This document shows, piece by piece, positions 16,295 through 27,000 of a DNA stretch of 31,015 nucleotides. Source of the stretch: Silvanigrellaceae bacterium (GTDB taxonomy: Bacteria > Bdellovibrionota_B > Oligoflexia > Silvanigrellales > Silvanigrellaceae); the NCBI GenBank assembly GCA_049423385.1, contig JBMSQQ010000038.1, forward strand, positions 1 to 31,015, read 5' to 3'. Made by a program: the position numbers and the translations under genes. Position 1 is the stretch's first letter. The number at the start of each line of letters is the position of its first letter. The notes under the pieces were generated by a model. That model worked only from the letters and a program-made list of their open reading frames with translations. It made no database searches and had not been told where the DNA came from.

Positions 16295-17323
16295 TTACTT
16301 GGATGTGTGGTTTTTCAAAAAGCTTAAAAATGAGGCGGGAAAATGTAAATCAACAATGCCCCCGGATGAATCAAATTTCCAGTCGCAATGTTCCTTCGCG
16401 TTCCACGTCCTCTGGCGCCGAACGTACTGCCACGTCAGAGTCGCGATTTTCGCTTTCAATTCACCAACAAGAGACTCTGCTGAAACTGGAATGCCATTCG
16501 CCTTGTCATTTTTCACAGACTCAACAAGCGCCGAATCGATCTCCCGGTAGCCAATGGCCTTGCCAGCCTGGCTGTTGAAAAACTCGTCTCCCCAACGTTG
16601 GCGCAGGATACGGACTTCCGCAATCCAGCCGCGGGAAAACATTTCATCCAGTCTGGAATCGATCCGGGTCTTGAGTGCAGCGTCGGAACATTCGATGTGA
16701 ACAACGTAACAATTTCCGAGCAATTCTTGCTGATTCAAGGGTTGTGAATGGCTGAAAAGTGAATCGGGAGAGACGCCCTCGGGCAATTGAAAGACAATCT
16801 CCAGAGCACGCTCGATGCGGGTCTTGTCGTTGGGATGCAATTGCCCTGCACGGGTCGGGGCGAGTGCCTTGAGCCAATCATGCAACAATGGCCAGCCCCA
16901 CTCCGCAGCACTGGCGCGCAACATGCGGCGCAACTCATCATTCCTTGGCGGCAATGGATCCAGTCCATGCAAGACCGCACGCAAGTAGAGACCACTTCCA
17001 CCGACGCAGATCGGCATCTTTCCAAGCGCCGAAATGTCGCGGCATTGCGCCCAAACAAATGCAGCGTATTCGGCTGCGTCGATGCTTTGCAAAGGGTCGA
17101 GAATATCGACACCCCGATAATTGTAACGCTCCAGCTCGTGGGGCGGCGGCTTGGCAGCACCAACGTCCATCCCCCGATAAAATTGAAAGGCATCACAGTT
17201 GATGAGTTCACATTCAATTCGATGCTCAACTGCCAACATCTCTGCCAGGCGATGCGCAAACGCGGTTTTTCCGGACGCGGTGGGCCCGATCACAAAAATG
17301 CCACGTTCAAAGAAACTGTTCAC
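16295..17323 (-). CDS. miaA: tRNA (adenosine-37-N6)-dimethylallyltransferase
   Basis: GPTASGKT P-loop, D..Q.YRGMDVG.AKP, VGGSGLY, HPND..RI.RALE, AIGY.E and Y.RRQ.TW. It lies directly downstream of mutL. Confidence 0.95.
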   Translation of the reverse strand: MNSFFERGIFVIGPTASGKTAFAHRLAEMLAVEHRIECELINCDAFQFYRGMDVGAAKPPPHELERYNYRGVDILDPLQSIDAAEYAAFVWAQCRDISALGKMPICVGGSGLYLRAVLHGLDPLPPRNDELRRMLRASAAEWGWPLLHDWLKALAPTRAGQLHPNDKTRIERALEIVFQLPEGVSPDSLFSHSQPLNQQELLGNCYVVHIECSDAALKTRIDSRLDEMFSRGWIAEVRILRQRWGDEFFNSQAGKAIGYREIDSALVESVKNDKANGIPVSAESLVGELKAKIATLTWQYVRRQRTWNAKEHCDWKFDSSGGIVDLHFPASFLSFLKNHTSK

Positions 17324-17344
17324 CGACGCTCCAGGGAAAACAAG

Positions 17345-19339
17345 TCAAATTCGGGCAAACCATTGGGCGACATCCTTGGATGTCCAACGGCGCCACACAG
17401 GTCGCCCGTGCGGGCAATGGGCAAAAAAATCAACTTCCAGTCCGCGCAACAGCAATCGCCTGACCAATTCAGGGTTCATGGGATCGCCGCTGCGAACAGC
17501 ACTGTGACACGCGACCGTTGCGATATGAAGATGAAAGATTTCCCGCCGGGAAAGATTCGCGGGCCGAACTCCCACCTCGAGCCACTCCTGGCTCTGGCGC
17601 AGCGCGCGCTGCAACAATGGATGGGCATCTGCCATCGAGAATTGCTTGACGGCAAGCAAACGCGAGACAACGTCATCAAACAACATCGAAGCTTTGCTGA
17701 TCTCAACCTGGGTCGGCAAACTGTGCAAGGCAACGCTTTTCCCGGAAGGCAAAATTTCGATCTCGAATCCGAGGCGAAGCAGGTTCTTTTCTTCCTCTTT
17801 CAGGACTTCAACCACTGGCGGAGGCACCGGGACAGTGAGCGGAGCCAGCAAAGACTGGCGCGCAAGACCATGGTCGCTTTCAATTTGAACTGCCAACTCT
17901 TCAAACAGAATCCGCTCATGAAATGCGTGCTGGTCGACCACCAGCAAATCGTCTCCAGCGTCAAACAGCAAATAACAGTTGTTGTATTGTCCCAAATAGG
18001 TGGCGTTACCCAACGGGCCTGCGGAAGCATCATTCACCGTGTTTTTCTGATGCACATCGGCCCTTGCGTTTCCAAGCGCATCATTTGCGAACAGTGTTTG
18101 AGCAGGCCTGTCGGAAAATGCAGAGGCATTCGCAGCTCGGGGAGCAGACTCCGCAAGAAAATGATTCCCCGGATTTGAAGTTCCGGAAGGGATGCGGACA
18201 GAAAGATTTTGTGGGATTGATGGACCTTGGCCAAACACTTGTGAAACATCCGCTTGTTTGAGTTCCATCGCCGACCATTCGCCGCGACGCGCCTCCGCGG
18301 GCACGCGAACGATGGTCTCGGCCGTGGGCAACGTGCTGAGCATCTGGTTTTGCGTTGTTCGACGCAAGTCAGCCTGCAGTGCAATGGTCACCAAATCCTG
18401 CACAAGCGCCGGATCGGTGAAGCGGATTTCTGTTTTGTTGGGATGTGCGTTGACGTCCAGCATGTTGGGATCAATCGAGAGAAACAACACGCAGGCAGGC
18501 ACAAGCCCCTTCATCGACATTCCGGTGTACCCAGATAAAACGCCATTGCGAACAATCCGGTCCTTGACGAGTCGACCGTTTACAAAAGTCATGAAGTAGC
18601 GCGGCACGGGCCTGGCCAAATCCGGCTTTTGCAGAAAACCTTCAAGCCTGAATGAGCCTTTTTCATAATTCACGGGAACATATTCAGAAGCCTCGCTGCC
18701 AAGCATGGCCTGGAAACGCTCAAAGGGGGAAGTCGCCGACGCGACCTTGAAGACTTCCCGACCATTGTGACGCAAGCAGAATCCAACCTTGAAATAGGCC
18801 AGTGCCATAGACTGCACGAGCTCGTGAATATGTCCAAATTCCGTGGCTGTTGAACGCATGAATTTTCGTCTGGCCGGTACCGTTGCAAAAAGGTCGCGAA
18901 CTTCGATCTCGGTACCAACCGGCATGCCTCGAATGGATGAATCACATTTCTGACCGTGATTGACTTGAATCTGGGTTCCAACGGAATCTTCACTGCGGCG
19001 CGTGCGCAGGATGAATTCCGAGACTGCCGCAATGCTTGGCAGCGCTTCCCCCCGGAAACCAAATGTCGAAAGGTGCTGGAGATCGTCGAATTCACCAATT
19101 TTGCTTGTGGCATGCCGCTCCAGAGCAGCCGTTGCATCCTCGCTGCTCATCCCACACCCATCGTCAGAGATGCGAATCAGCTGACGACCGCCATCGATGA
19201 GCTCAATCTCAACGCTCTGCGCGCCGGCATCGAGAGAGTTTTCCAACAACTCCTTCACCACGCTCGCTGGACGCTCAACCACCTCTCCGGCCTTGATCTG
19301 GTTGATCACATGCTCTGGCAGTTTGCGAACCACACCCAT
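17345..19339 (-). CDS. mutL: DNA mismatch repair endonuclease MutL
   Basis: AGEVVERPASVVKELLENSLDAGA, DDGCGM, HATSKI, GFRGEAL and DVNAHPNKTEIRF. The C-terminal endonuclease motifs DQHAFHERILFE, ACH and CPHGRP are present. ATG 19339 follows SD GAGGT. Confidence 0.98.
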   Translation of the reverse strand: MGVVRKLPEHVINQIKAGEVVERPASVVKELLENSLDAGAQSVEIELIDGGRQLIRISDDGCGMSSEDATAALERHATSKIGEFDDLQHLSTFGFRGEALPSIAAVSEFILRTRRSEDSVGTQIQVNHGQKCDSSIRGMPVGTEIEVRDLFATVPARRKFMRSTATEFGHIHELVQSMALAYFKVGFCLRHNGREVFKVASATSPFERFQAMLGSEASEYVPVNYEKGSFRLEGFLQKPDLARPVPRYFMTFVNGRLVKDRIVRNGVLSGYTGMSMKGLVPACVLFLSIDPNMLDVNAHPNKTEIRFTDPALVQDLVTIALQADLRRTTQNQMLSTLPTAETIVRVPAEARRGEWSAMELKQADVSQVFGQGPSIPQNLSVRIPSGTSNPGNHFLAESAPRAANASAFSDRPAQTLFANDALGNARADVHQKNTVNDASAGPLGNATYLGQYNNCYLLFDAGDDLLVVDQHAFHERILFEELAVQIESDHGLARQSLLAPLTVPVPPPVVEVLKEEEKNLLRLGFEIEILPSGKSVALHSLPTQVEISKASMLFDDVVSRLLAVKQFSMADAHPLLQRALRQSQEWLEVGVRPANLSRREIFHLHIATVACHSAVRSGDPMNPELVRRLLLRGLEVDFFAHCPHGRPVWRRWTSKDVAQWFARI

Positions 19340-19424
19340 GACACACCTCACCTTGCACGACGCTCAAGCTTTGATAGCCTGTTGGAACAGGAAACTAAAG
19401 TATCCACGGAAGGAGCTCTTCACA

Positions 19425-21191
19425 ATGTCGACATCAGCCTATGCCGCCAAGCCTTGGGTGCCTTTTTACGCCAAGGGAGTCCGCCCAGACATCCCCAATA
19501 TTCCCTACGAAAACATTGGAGCCCTGATCTCGAGTTCCGCCCAGCGGTTCGCGAATCGGGATGCATTCATCACGTGCCTGGCCAACGGCATGGAAGGCAA
19601 AATCACATTCGCGGAAGCGGAGCAGTACTCAAATCAATTTGCTGCATTTCTACTCAAAGAACTGCAGCTGCAAAAGGGTGATCGGGTCGCGATCCAGATG
19701 CCCAACTGCATTTGCTATCCTATTGCGCTTTTTGGAATCCTGAAGGCCGGTTGCGTTGTGGTCAACGTCAACCCTCTCTACACAGACCGCGAAATGGAGC
19801 ATGCTTTCAACGACAGCGGTGCCACGGTGCTGGTGATTATCGACATGTTCGCGGACAAGCTGCCACGGGTTCTGCCCAAGACGGGCATCAAACACGTCAT
19901 CACCGTCAGCGTTGCCGATTTCTTTCCTTTGCCATTGAAATTGCTGATCAAGACTCTCCTCAAGGTCAAAAAACAGGTTCCTGATTGCACGGTGCCGCAC
20001 CTTCCTTTCCGCGAAGCGCTCGCGGCAGGACAAGCGCGCATGCAGCAAAGCGAAAATGCTTGGGCGCGCGCAGGTGGAGCGGGCCAATCGGCCTTGGCAT
20101 TGCCAAACGTCACTCTCGATGATCTGGCTGCGTTGCAATACACGGGCGGCACAACCGGTGTGAGCAAGGGTGCGATGCTCACGCATCGAAACCTGCTTTC
20201 AAACGTTTACCAAATTCTGGAATTTGCGAAGGTCGCAATATCGACCGGCCAGGAAACCATCATCACAGCCCTGCCTCTGTACCACATCTTCGCATTCACG
20301 GTGAATTGCTTGTCGTTCTTTGAGGAAGGCGCGACAAACATCCTCATCCCAAGCCCACGCCCCATTGGCAATCTCAAAAAGGCATTCTCCAAACACGAGA
20401 TCACCTGGATGACCGGAGTGAACACATTGTTCAATGCCTTGTGCAATGAGCAGTGGTTTGTTCAGAATCCACCCAAGAAGATGAAAATGGCCATTGCAGG
20501 TGGAGCTGCCCTGATGTCGGCAACAGCCGAAAAATGGAACAACGTTGTTGGTTCGCCGGTGATTGAAGGCTACGGTCTCACCGAAACAAGTCCCGTGCTC
20601 ACCTTCAATCCAATTGGCAGCAAGGTCAAAAAGGATTGCATTGGTGTTCCAATGCCCTCCACCGAAATTCGCCTTGTCGATGACAATGGCGCCGAAGTGA
20701 AGCAAGGCGAACCAGGCGAACTCATCGCACGCGGCCCACAGGTCATGGCCGGCTACTGGAAGCGTCCGGATGAAACGCAAAAAACCATCAAGGATGGCTG
20801 GCTCTACACGGGCGACGTCGCAACCATGGACACAGAGGGTTACTTCAAGATTGTCGACCGCAAGAAAGACATGATTCTTGTATCCGGATTCAACGTTTAT
20901 CCCAATGAAGTTGAAGACTGCATTGCAAAGCACCCCGAAGTCATCGAAGTCGCGGTCATCGGCATCCCCGACGGAGCAAGCGGCGAAGCGGTCAAGGCAT
21001 ACGTTGTTCCACGTTCGCCCAACCTGACTCAGGATGCCTTGAAGGCGCATTGCAAGGAAATGCTCACGGCGTACAAGGTTCCGCGCTTTGTCGAGTTCCG
21101 CAAGGAATTGCCCAAGACGCCCATCGGTAAAATTCTTCGCAAGGATTTGCGTGCAGAATTTCTTGCTTCCCAACAGCCCAAGAATGCCTGA
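19425..21191 (+). CDS. fadD: Long-chain-fatty-acid--CoA ligase
   Basis: LQYTGGTTGVSKG (AMP-binding), EGYGLTETSP, GWLYTGD, IVDRKKDMILVSGFNVYPNEVE and PKTPIGKILR. ATG 19425 follows SD AAGGAG. Confidence 0.95.
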   Translation: MSTSAYAAKPWVPFYAKGVRPDIPNIPYENIGALISSSAQRFANRDAFITCLANGMEGKITFAEAEQYSNQFAAFLLKELQLQKGDRVAIQMPNCICYPIALFGILKAGCVVVNVNPLYTDREMEHAFNDSGATVLVIIDMFADKLPRVLPKTGIKHVITVSVADFFPLPLKLLIKTLLKVKKQVPDCTVPHLPFREALAAGQARMQQSENAWARAGGAGQSALALPNVTLDDLAALQYTGGTTGVSKGAMLTHRNLLSNVYQILEFAKVAISTGQETIITALPLYHIFAFTVNCLSFFEEGATNILIPSPRPIGNLKKAFSKHEITWMTGVNTLFNALCNEQWFVQNPPKKMKMAIAGGAALMSATAEKWNNVVGSPVIEGYGLTETSPVLTFNPIGSKVKKDCIGVPMPSTEIRLVDDNGAEVKQGEPGELIARGPQVMAGYWKRPDETQKTIKDGWLYTGDVATMDTEGYFKIVDRKKDMILVSGFNVYPNEVEDCIAKHPEVIEVAVIGIPDGASGEAVKAYVVPRSPNLTQDALKAHCKEMLTAYKVPRFVEFRKELPKTPIGKILRKDLRAEFLASQQPKNA

Positions 21192-21221
21192 AAAATTGCT
21201 TGAACCGCAGAATGCAGAGTC

Positions 21222-24077
21222 ATGATTGAAACCTTCCACGCGCAGGGCTTTCTACTCGCAGAACACAAGGTGTTCGAAAGCCTTGCGCAGGTTTTGCTGG
21301 ATTCAACCAACTGCGGTTCAAACAAGCGTTGGAGTATCGTGTGTGAACGCAAGGAGGACCTCCTTGCCGTGCGAACCCAAATCTTTAGCCTGCTTCGCCA
21401 AAGACAGAGCGAGACAAACCCTCAAAACCAGCTCAAACAGTGGGCTGGCATCAGTCTCTATACACCCGACACGTTGGTGCGAAATTTCTGCCTGACTCTC
21501 TCACACAACAAGGAAAACCTTGTCGGCCGGTCGGCGCACAGACTTTTGAATTTGCCTTTCATTGATGTTGTTGAGCAGGAAAAACTGGTCAGGCTTCTTT
21601 TGTTGAGACTCGGCTATGCGCTGAGTGACGTTGCGCCTCTGGCAAAACAGATTCTTACGCTGTCGGACACACCGTTGCCGGCAGATGAGACATTTCTGAG
21701 CTTGCTGCTGGAAGTTCAAAGCCAAAACCAGACCCACAAGTCCATTTCAGACATTCCCGACAATTCTCTCAGAACGATTTGTGTTGCATATCAATTGGCG
21801 CAAAAAATCTTGTCCTCCCACTGCAGGCTTCAGTCGTTTGTATCTGAATATTGGAATTCAACATTCAAGCAGAATGTCCTCGCGAAAATCGAAGGCGCCC
21901 CCGACCACGCGGACTTTCTCTTGCCAGGAAAATTCTTGTCCGATTCGCTCCTTTGGATTGCTGCGCCGGAATATTCACGCAACGCCAACAGCTCCTATCG
22001 ACCTGGAAATTTTCAGGCGGCCTACATTGATGCTCTGCGCGATGGTCTGTTTGAATGTCGACGCATTTGGCAAGAACACAACCCCACCTCCTCTCTCACA
22101 TGGTGGGCACGCAACACGATAGAAACCACCGAAGTCACATGCACAGAGAAGCGGGCGAAAATTCAGGTCATGGGTTCTTATTTGGCTCTGGATTGGCGGT
22201 TCAACATGCTGGCCGGAGAAACCGGGGAACCAACCCAGTATCTGTTGGCAGACCTCGACACCCGCGCACTCAATGTTGTTCGTGCGGACGGCTCGGGAAT
22301 TCACAACCTGACGCCTCAGGACTTCGATCTCTCCGCACGAGAAACCTCTCAGGATAAGGAATGGAAGAATCCGGCCCTGGATCGGATCAACACGTTGCAT
22401 GATGAATTTCGCAAGTTCTGGGACAAGCTCGAAGTCCATGGAGAACTGATCGACGAAGCATTGAAAAGGTATGAGCTGAGCCCGGCACTGCGCCAGCACG
22501 GTGTAACCTTTGAATTGATGTTGCATCGATTTTTCGACAGCGAAAGCTACACATTCGCAGTCACCGACCGTCTGGCTCAGCTGCCGCCGGCTCTCGCGCT
22601 CCTTCCGGGTCTCGAGGTCCCCACAAAATTTGTTGTACTTGGCGCTCCACACTCGACCACCGCTCCCAGTTTTCATCTGCGCCTGCTCAACGCCGTGTTT
22701 CATTTGTTGCGCAGCAAGCAGGTTGCTCTTGACCCGATCGCATCCGAGGAATCCTATCGTGGCTATTGGCAGTCCATCCTCGCCCGGAATGCCGAAGTTG
22801 TCTTTTTGATTCGTGATTCGCGACAACTCGAGGACTTTCCGGATTATTCGCGTCAGTGGTTCCTGCCGCCCGAAGAAGTTCGCCTTTGGAAGGGCCCGAT
22901 GACGTCGGCTTCAGCGTTCGAAAAATGGTTGGGGGACAAGCACAGGCTGCACGATGAACGGTGGCCACGACTGCTGAAAAGCGAACCTACACCAGATGGA
23001 AAGCATAAAGTTGGAGTCACTGCATTCGAGGATTACGTTGAGTGTCCTTTGCAGTACTATTGGGAAAAACTGCACGGCATCGCGCAGGAGTCTGCTCCTG
23101 CATTGCAACCCGACCCGGTCCTCACGGGACAACGCGCACATGCCGTGGCTGAAACCTTCGTGCAAGGTCTTCGGCAAATGTCATTGCTTGATGAAACAAG
23201 GCATGCGAACGAGACAAACGATTGGGTGAGTTTTCTTTTGAAAATCAGGGATGGGTTTCTGGCGACCCGCGAATTTCTTTCGGTGGACATCGACTCCTGG
23301 TGCAAGGCTTTTGCGGATGCCCTCGAACTCGACTCCATGGCAAATCCCAAGGCGCTGCGGGCAAGACTGATGATCGATGAACTTGCCGAGGTCGTTTTCG
23401 CAAAATCCAACGACGGAAAAGATTCGATGCTTTCGCCGATCAAGCGCAGGCTCGTCCGCGAGTCTGTCCGCAGGGCGTTATGGAAACTTGTGCATTGTGA
23501 GCTTGTCGTCGACGAAGCAAAAATGATGGGAACGTCCAACACCATCCGGGCTGCATTCATCGAAAAGCCCATACTGTATGCCATTCATCCCAATCTGATC
23601 CTCACGGGTCGCATCGACAGGGTCGACTCTCATCCTAACGGCGACAGGATCATCGACTACAAAACCAGCAAGGTCAGCAAAAAGGATCCACCGCTTGTTC
23701 TGGATCCCAGACTTTCCAAAAGCACAAACAAACTGAGTGTTCAGGGAGGCATCTACAGCCTTGCCTGGGCCGAAAAGAATGCTCTCGATCTGCAAGGTGC
23801 CGACAACGAACGGGTTCGAGGTGTCAGCGCATTCACACTCGTTCGTCTCAAGACCATGGATCTCGAACGCAATCCTTTCGCAACCTTCGCTTTCGATTCT
23901 CCGATGGTTTTCAAGGACGAGACATTTGACTCCATGCATGCCGAATATTCAAGGCGTGCAGCTTCACTGGTCGCAGGTGATTTTTCGCCTCGCCCGCTGA
24001 CGAGCAAAGTCTGCCTGTGGTGTGCGCTGCAGGATGTTTGTCCCGCCAAGGGTCAGGTTGGTGGAGATCCAGAATGA
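21222..24077 (+). CDS. addB: AddB/RexB-like PD-(D/E)xK nuclease subunit with Fe-S staple
   Basis: FEDYVECPLQYY (first Cys), G..AH, GRIDRVD...IIDYKT, Q..IY and CLWCALQDVC (three Cys). Its stop overlaps the addA start (ATGA). Confidence 0.82.
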   Translation: MIETFHAQGFLLAEHKVFESLAQVLLDSTNCGSNKRWSIVCERKEDLLAVRTQIFSLLRQRQSETNPQNQLKQWAGISLYTPDTLVRNFCLTLSHNKENLVGRSAHRLLNLPFIDVVEQEKLVRLLLLRLGYALSDVAPLAKQILTLSDTPLPADETFLSLLLEVQSQNQTHKSISDIPDNSLRTICVAYQLAQKILSSHCRLQSFVSEYWNSTFKQNVLAKIEGAPDHADFLLPGKFLSDSLLWIAAPEYSRNANSSYRPGNFQAAYIDALRDGLFECRRIWQEHNPTSSLTWWARNTIETTEVTCTEKRAKIQVMGSYLALDWRFNMLAGETGEPTQYLLADLDTRALNVVRADGSGIHNLTPQDFDLSARETSQDKEWKNPALDRINTLHDEFRKFWDKLEVHGELIDEALKRYELSPALRQHGVTFELMLHRFFDSESYTFAVTDRLAQLPPALALLPGLEVPTKFVVLGAPHSTTAPSFHLRLLNAVFHLLRSKQVALDPIASEESYRGYWQSILARNAEVVFLIRDSRQLEDFPDYSRQWFLPPEEVRLWKGPMTSASAFEKWLGDKHRLHDERWPRLLKSEPTPDGKHKVGVTAFEDYVECPLQYYWEKLHGIAQESAPALQPDPVLTGQRAHAVAETFVQGLRQMSLLDETRHANETNDWVSFLLKIRDGFLATREFLSVDIDSWCKAFADALELDSMANPKALRARLMIDELAEVVFAKSNDGKDSMLSPIKRRLVRESVRRALWKLVHCELVVDEAKMMGTSNTIRAAFIEKPILYAIHPNLILTGRIDRVDSHPNGDRIIDYKTSKVSKKDPPLVLDPRLSKSTNKLSVQGGIYSLAWAEKNALDLQGADNERVRGVSAFTLVRLKTMDLERNPFATFAFDSPMVFKDETFDSMHAEYSRRAASLVAGDFSPRPLTSKVCLWCALQDVCPAKGQVGGDPE

Positions 24078-27000
24078 AAAGCAAGTCCTTGAGTCCGGAA
24101 CAGGAAAAAGCAGCGTTTTTCCCGCAAACATTGATTCTCCCGGATGAAGCCGGAAAACGTCACCTGGTGATCGAGGCTGGAGCTGGTGCAGGCAAAACCA
24201 CCCTGCTCACCCGCAGGGTCCACTGGCTTCTGTGCGCTTCTCAGCAAAAATGGCGACTGTCTGCGGCTCAACTTGTTCTCGTGACGTTTTCAAAAGCTGC
24301 CGATGAGGAGCTGCGCAGTCGTGTCGAAAGCACAATCCTCAATGCAGGACTGGCCGACGAAGAGGCTCAAAACATACTGAGCCGACTGCACATCTCGACC
24401 ATCGACAGTCTCTTCATGCAGATTGCCGGAAATCTTTTTCCATCCTGGTGGGAACAAACCAAAAACAATCTCGATTCAAACACACTCACTCAATGGATGC
24501 TCACAGAACAACGCTTTCCGCCGGCCATGACCCTGGTTTCCGAGGCGGAAATCATTCCCGAGGTGAGTGAGGAAATTGTCAAGATTGTCGAAAAGCACGC
24601 CATGAATCAGGAGAAGGAAATCGAGATTCTCGATTTTGTCCTTTCCGGAGCCTTTCAAACTTCGGCCAGTTTTTCTCCAGCCAAGGCAATTCATCCTCGC
24701 CACCAGGGGCTCGAACGCATCGCTTCAACCATGCTCCACGAAAACATGATCCGCAGTGATGCACCTCCACTTCGATTCGCATTGGAAAAACTTCACCCCT
24801 CGTCGCTTCCGCTCATCGATCTGCTTCAGGCAAAAGCGCGTGAGTTGTTCTATCGACGACTGATGCACGGCCGGCTCACGCACAACGACAGAATGCTTTT
24901 CCTCCACCATTTGTTGTGCATGTCGGAAAAACAGCGGGAAAATGGTTTCTTTGGCCTCGCACAGGTGCAAAAGGTTTCGCTCAATTGTCGCGAATTGATT
25001 GTCGACGAATACCAGGACACCAACCAGCTTCAACACGACATCCTCTCATCGCTGATCGATTCGAGGGATGGGCGCATGGTTGTGGTTGGCGATCCCAAGC
25101 AGAGCATTTATGGTTTTCGCAGCGCGCACGTGGGCGTTTTTCAACGACTGAAGACTGATCCTGCCTGGAAACTGATCGAATTGACGCAGAACTTCCGCAG
25201 CCATCCCGAATTATTGCCGTTCATAAACCTGCTTTCGGACTTGACCTTCGCTTATCGCAACAATCGTATCCCCGAAGAATTTCACAACACCACTTTCGCA
25301 ATGACCGCGCGACAAACCTACGTGGGTGCAAAATCCCTGGATGCAGGACGAAACGAGTCAGTTGCTCTGGGGGAAATGGAAAGTTCGCAAAAAACAAGAG
25401 TCATGCTTCTGGGAGCTTCCCTCAACCGCCAGCGTGCAGCCGACACTTCGCTCCTCGACGACGCAGATCCCAATCGTTTTGCAGCCTGGGCACTGGCGCG
25501 TGAACTCAAGCAAATTTCCCAGTCTGAAAATGGATATGTGTGGTCGCAAATGGTGGTGCTGTGTGAAACCAACAGCCAGGTTCTTGAAACGCAACAGAAC
25601 CTGAGTGATTTTGGAATTCCCTGTGTTGCCAAGCTCAGCAAGGCAGTCAATTCGAACCAGGACAGCGAAAAACGCAGCGAAGATATCGGTTTGCTTTTGG
25701 CAAAATGGCTCTCCCAACCCATCTCGGGACTGGAATTCTCTCAGTTCTTGTGGAGCGGATGGCTGCAACTGTCGCGCGAGGAGACCTCGGCATTGTTGCA
25801 GGCCTGCCGCGACGGCAAGATCGGCAATCAGTGGGTGAGTGACGGCGAACAGAGGTTGAACGAAGCCAATCCGGAGGTTCGGCCCGAACACGAAACAAGC
25901 CCGATGTTGCCGGAAGTCTGGCTTGCCTGGATGAAACATCTCTCTGAATGTCGTTCATTGGCACGTCGACATTTCTTCGCGGCTTGGCAGGTATTACGCT
26001 GGGGATTCGGTGAACATCCCCAAAACCTGGAAATGGAAAACGCAGCTCTGGCGTTGCATCAAGCTCTTGAGATTTGGTCCATCCGACAAAGCATTCAAAA
26101 TTCCGGTCTCTGGCCAGGCGAGTTTCTGATGTCGCAACTCCAGCAGCTTCGACTTGCCCAATCCCGAAGTCATCCGGAGCGCGACGAGGTTTCTGTTTGC
26201 ACTATCCACGGCGCGAAAGGCCTTGAATGGCCGGTTGTCGTCTTTTGGCCGCACGCGGCACGCGAACGGCAGGCGCAGAATTTTGTTCTCAAGAGCAACG
26301 AAGAATCAACGTTTTTGAAGTGGTTGGCGGAAGACAAGGAATCTGCATCGCTGGTTTCATGGATCGACAATCCAAATCCACCGGTCGACCGGGTTGCAAT
26401 CGCTTTGGAAACATCTCGCGGCGAACAGTTGGTGCGCTGGAGTACGGACCTTCAGGACAAACTGGAACAGGATTTCGAGCGGCAGCGTGTCTTCTATACT
26501 GCATTCACCCGTGCACGCGAGATGTTGATCCTGATGTCGCCAGCCCTTCAGGGAAGAGCACGATCCAACATGCGCGACAAACTCTTTCGCCTTTGCAAGG
26601 GAGATGCGTTCGAGCCGGCTGAGTTGAACATCAATGGACTCGAATACACCGTCCTCGCGACCTTTGCCGACATGGCGTTTGACCTTCGCAAGGAAAAAAA
26701 GCGCGGTGCAGTGCCCCCACCTCCCTGGCGCGGTCTGGAAATTGAAGCAACTCCAAAGACCCAAGACTGGCAAGGTCTCGTCCGCATGCAGGATTATTCT
26801 CCCGACTGGTTGGCAGCGGATCCGGATATTTGCAGTCCAGTGAAAAAAACGCATCAGGACGATGCCGAACTGCAGTCAGCAGAATACACTCCAATCGAGA
26901 CCATGCTTGCAGAACATCAAAACAAAGCCACAAAGACTCCCTGGCGGGCCGAAGTCGTGACGCAGGAAATTGACGAGGCTGTGGTCAGAGTTGCTCAAGC

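Noticed and set aside
16787..18178. 463-aa plus-strand ORF
   Set aside because: It is fully antisense to miaA and mutL and has no recognisable motifs. Long shadow ORFs are common opposite real genes here (also 20199-21239, 21975-22826, 13652-14386, 10016-10819).
19197..19424. N-terminal extension of fadD overlapping mutL
   Set aside because: This is an ORF-caller artefact. SD-supported starts at 19425 (fadD) and 19339 (mutL) leave an 85-bp divergent spacer.
21222..24077. Cas4-like or defence nuclease-helicase interpretation
   Set aside because: The 4-Cys PD-(D/E)xK domain ends a 951-aa protein coupled to a UvrD helicase-nuclease, which is standard AddAB architecture in a housekeeping context.
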